DNA of 64,000 nucleotides from positions 128,001-192,000 of the IMG/VR virus record IMGVR_UViG_3300037851_000284; one strand, given 5' to 3'. The notes under the pieces are model-generated. The model saw nothing but the letters and a program-made list of their open reading frames with translations. It searched no databases and was not told the DNA's origin. The stretch is from a virus. Lineage: Duplodnaviria > Caudoviricetes. The position numbers and the translations under genes are program-made. Positions 33,001 through 39,800 of the stretch are shown here, piece after piece (position 1 is the first letter of the stretch; each line of letters opens with the position of its first letter).

Positions 33001-33799
33001 TTCTATTGGTTTCTCTAATATTTGTATAAAGCATTAACTGTTTTGTTATTTCAGGAGTAATAGAAAATAGCTTACTGGTAGTATTATAAGCCACTATATT
33101 ATGATTATAATTTGCTTTAAAAGAGGTTAATCTTCTAATATACATATCTGCTAAATCAGGATCTTCTCGAGTATATAAATCAATTAGTTTATTTAATTTG
33201 ATACCGTCTTTATCGGGGTCATTTAATAGTTGTAATTCTTTTCCGTGTCCTTCGCTTATATACGGATTATGTAAAAAATAATTCTCCAGAATATCTTTTC
33301 TTATTTCAAATAACATACTATCTTTATTCATTTTAATAATAGATAAGTATGCTTTAGGGTCATTAACTTCTCCAATGTTTGAAAAAGTTATATCGTCTTT
33401 CATTTTAGATAATATATCGTCTTCTATAGTAGATATTTGATTTAATTTATTAGTTCTTAAAGTATTGCCAATCCCTCCTTCTGGATAGGCATTTCGAGCC
33501 GGAGAAATTTTTTCGATCACTCTATCTATCTCGGTTTCAGGTTGGAATGACCTAAAAGGTAAATCTAATGTAGCATTAGGTCCAAGAATTCTTTTTTGAG
33601 AATCAATACGTTTATAATCTTCTCTTTCGATTATTCTTTTTGCGTTACTATCATGAATCCGGTTTATAATATCTTTAGCTGGCCCCTTCATTTTATGAGC
33701 AGCAAACACGAGACCAGACAATACTCCAACTTTTAATAATGTTCGAGTAAACCACCCTTCGTTCTTATCATTTTTATTATCTGGATAATATTGGTTCAT
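27047..33799 (-). CDS. Putative single-chain two-barrel (DPBB) virion RNA polymerase with N-terminal DEDDh exonuclease (2250 aa)
   Basis: FITRPP...IAVAAEYWKLVGGDVDGDQMFGVVH (D1805/D1807/D1809) matches beta-prime NRAP...[12 protein letters not shown]. Beta-like segments lie near 30420-31010. DEDDh motifs: VDLET (D515/E517), YYD (D660), AHDAGTD (H766/D771). Confidence 0.65.
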   Translation of the reverse strand: MNQYYPDNKNDKNEGWFTRTLLKVGVLSGLVFAAHKMKGPAKDIINRIHDSNAKRIIEREDYKRIDSQKRILGPNATLDLPFRSFQPETEIDRVIEKISPARNAYPEGGIGNTLRTNKLNQISTIEDDILSKMKDDITFSNIGEVNDPKAYLSIIKMNKDSMLFEIRKDILENYFLHNPYISEGHGKELQLLNDPDKDGIKLNKLIDLYTREDPDLADMYIRRLTSFKANYNHNIVAYNTTSKLFSITPEITKQLMLYTNIRETNRNIGANLRYIGKINKYKVKTVLSNEELKRKPVTSSSLYSRKFIPITPEFKLLGEFDYTNDIKSLMAALEEIATEDNGFESHSLAIIQDGPKESPRYYLRFSAKHVARGKEKVLNIPLAQYGILPATSPYGVQKYDVKIPDPAPINKKMPYMNMTQATIRNLIRYIKSNLSSDFKYNPEHAFSRFNFIMRDTLEVASRIETTNRDPIKQGMFYYRDERVSNKLKWGNNLKDLQGFKRLARLTDGALVISVDLETISNKKAGPNVQITDAHTQITQAGFSVADISSTGKVTLHDMQKFFSSHGVDKMKELPFDMEQAEWIRDTYLSAQEKNELRGRSPEDIINKWGEKIKSLTKTQGRDFKDNNDIARHLVEKIIRVVEENPDKPIYLTSKFGTYYDFKMLEILESKDPIGFSKLKKYANISHIDVHGIVEINRVVVGGVESLSQTNLLKLMMKEKGLSAHNFETSNNIIEAINTLRGRPQSNLVVSTALLKKLNNDKTLFAHDAGTDSMLLHLLLGHELEKYHKGKKQFDSAYEELEYKYNSYHAFKSFDDQIKDARDIEMTNLFGFIPSSTALSSGQAAKYAFSIFTTRHFLPIPDYPPAKQANQFMMGTSAVVAGLHSKSMNERLDPLVLRKYARKIIPPWISRGELDFMSFGRDADAMTHLFSNTVMVKYFSTISNFGSQEGGHHLTSEIFKDVNLEHTDIGVNLSDVSSRAEDPSFNYQVLKLEGKIKEKLRVIKSKKGSALTKDDYDYAAYEVIQENEGLTKIPKGTKYMASRGDLGKISFNAPVNGRITKLNIWNDSAGSIKMMADIKYVITDKDRVSMVGKGLSGKAVSVFMDMITREKMYGGVQGFGPAQFLEKGYVGPMKTITVMKGFDHLLNVMENGTIQEQVVAEQKLKYWAAKMNSDIHDITKIPIHRSSHLGSFPNVTDVNLINAAHKFFGNVSLTTEELRSFMIDTGQVWTTERAENYYNALGGVENAKKNIRNIYNNYLEEISKDENKSARLASAVFKDKAFDNTFYNELILPDLEAIRTGKLVPMLFEARQKYKGRGKWDIGIEHPDRFSFYAIMNGTEARPARIKVRRNILQKAHLGALDTTSLKIIEMARAHRISGKLGDAIRSFRRLQLKMINIGTMKTLSLEEIDDILDIKKGLSLEALKRYNFGDDEKNELIEKVSDIINENSEEEKLKVAGEIIDDMENDNFAKAVIDPKNRTIMSLESAQQRAMLAQKKGVFALSVNPKLGNTITLDIESLLHQIATKDELPSTDEVLNIFDKLKKKKDSFVAEVDKTNKTVKLKYLLMEAPAHHENVINLVSKENKKGTAFGFSTRSTKLMDDVLLAYMMAEKNMKKEDSKVVGESVDFLKKQYLTYLLRHVYNSETDLHLPQGFAASAQDANSLYLRLKDIMDSEGWGARGFKGKHAEFLDKWTRNVVNDFSLHDVMVHEETFKKFEFDVKESEFLQTKNFYDRISNVFGSEIKNRAWMHRKFTGFITRPPYTPSGTNPFLTARFNVVPKEIASYFGMDINRIAVAAEYWKLVGGDVDGDQMFGVVHAFNTEKELLNLHESVNRSFIDILNTKIKENGKFKTVRDAISEQRKIIGFENSKARVGYFDRETGRISEKTVELGSQDAEDAIKGNFRNLIDMVEKISTRDPSVVTNDIVKKMVDESALMSVSKRAVGIFTNILETRGRQIMQMDSLSKNNTLTLNKFIGTSLTTGLAGMEQLPISMIKHGVDKIKRISLAVAALTNPYNKNPETRLALKDILSDYFETNEERDKAHQLLTEGIIKYHQKFGTKGESKAWISEQTELNKAISILDKLKIGEPYENINFNEAAESFGSRILREYPRAINFTKTTGKFGAIGAAVFLAANFFRPNQMSNSLNPLDGFVDLGSDINGNHNGILSDLELDRRVPLDTVNASFSKEAFIRLNKMNDKKQRSNIINNILKNSYSNSNPLLNEWKTKPNLIYSNYTTSIPSFGSSQLDRKYG

Positions 33800-33801
33800 A
33801 T

Positions 33802-36800
33802 TTATAACCCGTATTTTTCTCTTCTATTAAGAGCGTTAAAAATAGTTCTAGACCTATCTCTCCTTATTAGTATATCGATCTGGTTGTGTTCGTCTGAGTT
33901 ATTATTTATATATACTTGGACAGACGATTTAATTCCGTCCTTACTAAACAGATTATTAATCGCTCCTCTGATTCCGGCCTGATTAATATTTGGGCTAGGA
34001 GGAGAATAATTATTTAATTTTTCTATATTAGCTGCTTTTATATCCATGTTACTTTCTTGTAAACGCAACATCTGTTCGTTCCAACCCAAACCAAATTCAA
34101 ATTGATCGAATCCTTGTTCTTGAACAGTCTTTAATTTTATATCATCTAATGGAACACTAGGATCCAGCACGCTTCTATCAAATGCGTATTTTGGTCTTCC
34201 CGCTGCTATTTCTTCGCTACTTCTTTGTATATAGTTTTTAGTGGCATCCTTACTATCATTTTTTGACCATTGATGTTTTAATGCATTAGCTAAATCGTCA
34301 GGAATATATTTTAAAATTTCCTCTCGTTTTTTAGGGTCTCTTGTATTTAAGAATGATTCTATATATGGTTTCTCGAATGGAGTGGTAGCCCTAAATAAAT
34401 TAGCGACAGTAGCTCCTTTTCCTCCTTGATTAAACGCTGTTAATGTAGCTTCTTTTTGTTGTAAGTATTCTTGTTGAGTTAATCCGGTAGACAATTGAGC
34501 TAACATGTCATTTCTTTCAAATTTGGCTGCATCAAAGTAAGACATAATCTCTCTTTTTTCCTTTATTGATGCAGGAATATAAGTAGAATTAGTCATAAAT
34601 CTGTATAATCCATGACCCGTACCATAAATAGCTCCCGCTCCAACTCCAACAATAGCGCCTAAAGGTCCGCCTAAAATTAAACCTCCCATACCATAAGATA
34701 ATGCTCCAGCAAACGGGTCAGTTTTAGCAGCAAGACCCCTAGAATATGGTTCCAACCATCCTCTTATTGGTTCATCCCAAGGTTTATATTCCTTTCCATA
34801 TAATCTGGTCATTTTATAATGTTCTAACGGGTCTTTAGCAGCAAATAATTTATTTACTATAAAAGTATTAGTATTAGTAAACCGTTCCCACAAGGCACCT
34901 ATCATTCTTTCTGGCAAACTATATTCTGCTGCTGCTTTTATATCTTCATTAATAGACTGTATGTTGGCGGTGTTTTCAGGATGTAATACTTTTCCTTTAA
35001 ATCGATTCGGGTATAGTTCGTAAGATCTAATCCTAGCTTGTTTTATTTTAAGAGCACTATGATATTTTTCTAAATCGTCTTTATTCAACACTCCATATTT
35101 AATTTGAGTATCAACTATCTTTTTTGCTTCTTTATATTCAAGACTATTTGGAGCTACATCAGCCAATATTTTCAATCTATCAACCCAAGAATAACTGAAT
35201 CCTAAAGTATCAGCTACTCCTTCTTCCATCATAGTAGCAGCAATTTTTCTTGCTTCATATAATTTTTTGACATCTTCTTCCCATCTACTTTTACTATAAG
35301 GTATATCAAAAGTCTTAACTTGAGAAGGATTTTCTCTATTAACATATAATAACGTTCCTCGTTTCATATTAAGCATACGTAAATAAAAATTAAGCTGCGA
35401 ATAATGTTCTGATTTAGGAGCATCTAATACTGCGAATGCTTCGTCGTTAATAGTTTTAATTTCTAATGCTCTTCTTCCTCTACCTCCATAACCATCTCTA
35501 ATAATAGCATCAACGTGACCAGTAATGTCGTTCTTTACATCTTGAACAAAAGCTTCGGCTTGTATTAACATTCCTTCAGACGCTAAGGTTCGTTGTACAG
35601 ATTCGTGAAATGCTGTTCCTTTTTCCAATATATTGTATGATTCTAATTGAGTCGGAGGAATTAATCCAGTAAAATATTGGACTATATTTTGCGTTGTTCC
35701 TCCAATCATGGAATTATGTACTAATGCAAAAGGAACACAATAATTATGATTATTTTCAATCGTTAAATCGTACACTTTACCAATATATTTCTTTTTAGAA
35801 ATAGATTTAATTTTATAAGGTATAAATCCTTTATAAATTAAAACATTAAGTTGTTCATTATTTTTATCAAATCCAAAAATATTAGATAATACATTTGCTT
35901 GATTATCATATAATCTAATATCGTATCTTTGAGTGGATGAAATTATTCTATCTTCTTTAATAAATTGAACATCTTTTCCTTTTCTATAACATAGTCCTGG
36001 TCGAAATCCTAAAGAACATAATAATTTAAATATACTAAATGATAGATTTTCTATACAAGTAGCTACACCTATTTCTGAACCAGATTTTTTATTACTTTTT
36101 TTAATATACCAACCATCTCCAGCGAAATAACCAGATAATAAAGCATTAATATTTTTATTACCAATGTTATAAATTTCTTTAGGAAGATGTTTATTTTTTG
36201 CTTTTCCGCATAAAGATTCTAAAATATCTCTCAATATAGTTGAATTTGAAGTAACTCTTGCACTATTATTAGTAATTAAAATAGTAGTAGAAGAATGAAA
36301 TAATTTTTCTGTTATATTTTTAATAAAAGTATGATATTCTATTTCATTAGAATGAAATGAAAATGTAGTTTGACTAGAAGATAGAGATCCTTCTGCTAAA
36401 TAAAATCCAATTAATTTCATTAATTCTGAAGTAATATTTAAGTATCTATCATATCTTTTTATTCCGTTACTATATACTCCATTTTTTTTAAATGTATATT
36501 TATTATATATTTTTAATAATTCAAATAAATCTATACTTTTAATATTGTTTGTAATTTTAATAATTGGAGTAACTAAATAATCTCCAGATTCTAAATCTTT
36601 AGCTTTATTTTCAGTTATACTATAGTCTGATTCTTTACAATATTTTAATGCGTTTTTATTTTTACATTCAAAACAACATCTTTTAGATTTTGGTTCATTT
36701 GGATAATATTTACATTTATTAGTTTTTATTGAAAAAATATCATGATTATCTGTGACATTAATATTATATTTTTTATTAATTCCAACCAATTCTATATCTA

Positions 36801-39800
36801 ATATTTCTCCATCAAAATCTTTTTCGTGTAATGCTAAAATTTTCTGATAAGTTCCATCGTTAGTTAATGAGTCTTTAGCGGTAATAATAGGAACTAATCC
36901 TTTAGATGTATCAATCAAAGTGTCTGGAGTAAAACAAGCTCTAGCAGGTAACGTTCTCTTTACGTTTGTATGAGTGCTAAGATATGCATCTCCAGGAAGT
37001 CTCAGTTCTCCCCTAAGAATCTTTTCGTATGGGTCTCCTTTTAAAAAGTGAGCTGGTAACCAGTTAGGCATCCTGTTTGGTATCGGATTTAAACCATACT
37101 GTCTATAATTTGGTTTTTCTATTAATCTTCTTAGTGGCTCGGTTAATATACCCATACCGCCGAGGTTTAAATCTGTGTAGCTTCTACTAAAAGATGCTAT
37201 TCTACCGGCTGTTTGTAATGTTGGTACTACAGTATTTTCTCCAAATATTCTATTAGTTATTGTTCCGGCCAAGAATCCTTTTAATCCGGCAAAGTTTTGT
37301 ATATCATATAAGAAGTCTTCTGCTGCGGATTCAGACCAGTTCCTATTATTCATTAGGCTAATTTTTCCAAAATTATTAGCCATTCCTGCTGTAGTATTTC
37401 CAGGTCCTCCGTTGGGATTCATTAATGCCATTCCTTCTGGAATAGTAGGAGGTCTTATAGCAAAAGGATATGGGTCTCCTGGAGTTCCCCCTCTAACAGA
37501 AGAACCACCCTCTAGAAACTCTTGATGCATAGTCTTTGGAGGTTTTAATATTCTACCAACCGTAGAAGATAAGATTTTGCCAACTCCAGGAAACTCGTCA
37601 AAAATACCTCCAGTAATCGGGTAAGGTCTAGTAAAATAATGTGAGTTGTGATATGATGCTAAAATTCCAAGAAAAGAGTGAGACTTTTCTATTTTAACAT
37701 CTATAACATTACCAGAAAATTTAGTAAAATTTATCTCTTTAATTTTAACATAAATATAGTTATCATCAATAAAATACCATTTTGGAGACTTTATTTGTTT
37801 ATTAATTTTAAATCCGATATATGATCTTAAATCATTAATATTATTACCATAAACAAATAATAAATGTTGATCTGCTTCATTTTCTTTTTTAGATTTAATA
37901 TATGAGTATGTTGGTATAAATCCAAGCGAAAATAAAATACTTCTTATTTGAAAAATTAAATTTTGTGAAACAGAAATACAAGATATTGAACAATCATTAG
38001 ATTGATCAGATCCGTTTCCTCTAAAATATCCAATTATTAACTCTTTTAATAAAATAGAAGAAGAATAATATATTTCATCTGGGATGTGTTTATCATAACA
38101 AGAACTTCCAAAAGAACTTTTAAAAAATCTAGCTAATATCGAATTTGAACAAATAATTCTAAATTTATTTCCATCTTGATGCGTTGTGCACTCTATCTTA
38201 AACAAAGATTTTATAATCGAAATTACATCATTATGATATTCTGTTTCTTTAGAATGAAAATCAAAAACAACAGTTCTATCTCCACAGTATCCTTCCGCTA
38301 AATAATACCCAAATAATCTCCATAATAATCTATTTCTAATTATTTGTTTTGGAATATTTTTATTATTATGTTTTGTTTGATTGTGAATACTAACATAACC
38401 AGAATTTGATTTTTCTTTAATTTTAATTCTAGGATAAACCAAAAAATCATTTTTTTCTAATTCATCTGCTCTAACCCATTCTGGTATATAATTTTTCTTA
38501 TATTTACACCTTTTGCATTTTATCCAAGTTTTATTAAAACAAGGAGTTTTTCTATTTTTTCTATGAAAACAAATAGAGGATTTAATTGCTAAATATCGGT
38601 GTTCTCTAGTAGTTTTATTATCAATATTAGATAAGGCAGTTTTAATAGAAATTATATTTTCATCAATATGTTTAATCCATTTTTCTAAAACTTTTTGTTT
38701 TGTTCCATTGTGTGTTAAAATAGTATCACCAACATTTAAATCTTTAATTTGTATAACTTCACTATTTTCTTTTAATATAAGAGTATCTTCTACTACACAA
38801 CGCTCCATATAATACGGATCTAATATATCGCCAACGTTAAATCCAAGAAGCGGAAGAGGCTCGTGTATTAATCGTCTGAAAGCAGACCCATATAAAGTGT
38901 CAGTTTCTTTCCATCTTGATTTAGCTCTTACATACCAGTTTGGAGAATATCCTACTACATTACTGCCTTCCCATGGAGTTCCTCCAAGCAACCAAGTGGG
39001 AGATTTCATTATAGGAACTTCTTTTCTCCCAGAGTATTCTTCTTTTAATTCCTCATAAGATTTTGTAAGATTGGGAAGATATGGACTAGCCAGCCTATTA
39101 ACTAATGCTCCACCAATAGCATATCTAGCAACTCTTAAAGGAGGAGATTTTGACATTAATCCGAGTACACTACCAAACATCATTCCAGGAATAGACGATT
39201 CAGAGAAAGGAGCTAACCCATGAAGATATTTCATGGTACCAGTAACACCAGTAATATCTGCTACTCGTGCTCCAAATAAACGCGCTTTGGCTATATTATC
39301 AGCAGCTAGACCTGTTATTCCTTCTTCTAATGAGGTTTCATCAAATAGTGGGTTAGATGCAGTTATAGTATCAAGTATTCTATATGCTCCGAATACCGCA
39401 GCTGTTGTACCAACCACTCTTCCTATATATTTCAGATTTCCAGTCCACCCATGATTTTCCATATAATATTTTTTAAATGGTAACCATTCCGCCATCATGT
39501 CCGTGGTTCGTTCGGTGGCTTTTAAGGCAAAGTCTCCAAGTATTTCTAGTCCTTTATCTGGAAGAGACACAAACGGATGAGGGTCAGTAGCAAACTTTAT
39601 TCTACTAAAGGTTTTTTCTTGTGATAATTCTATGCTCGATTTAATTATATCATTATTAGAAATAAAATTAATTAACTCGTTAGTAATATCCCATTTATTC
39701 TGCTTAGCTCTGTCTCTAACGTTATCTAGTATTAATTTTGTTCCATCAGAAGAAAAATCCAAACCTTTTATTAATTTATCTTCTCTTATAATAGGAGATA

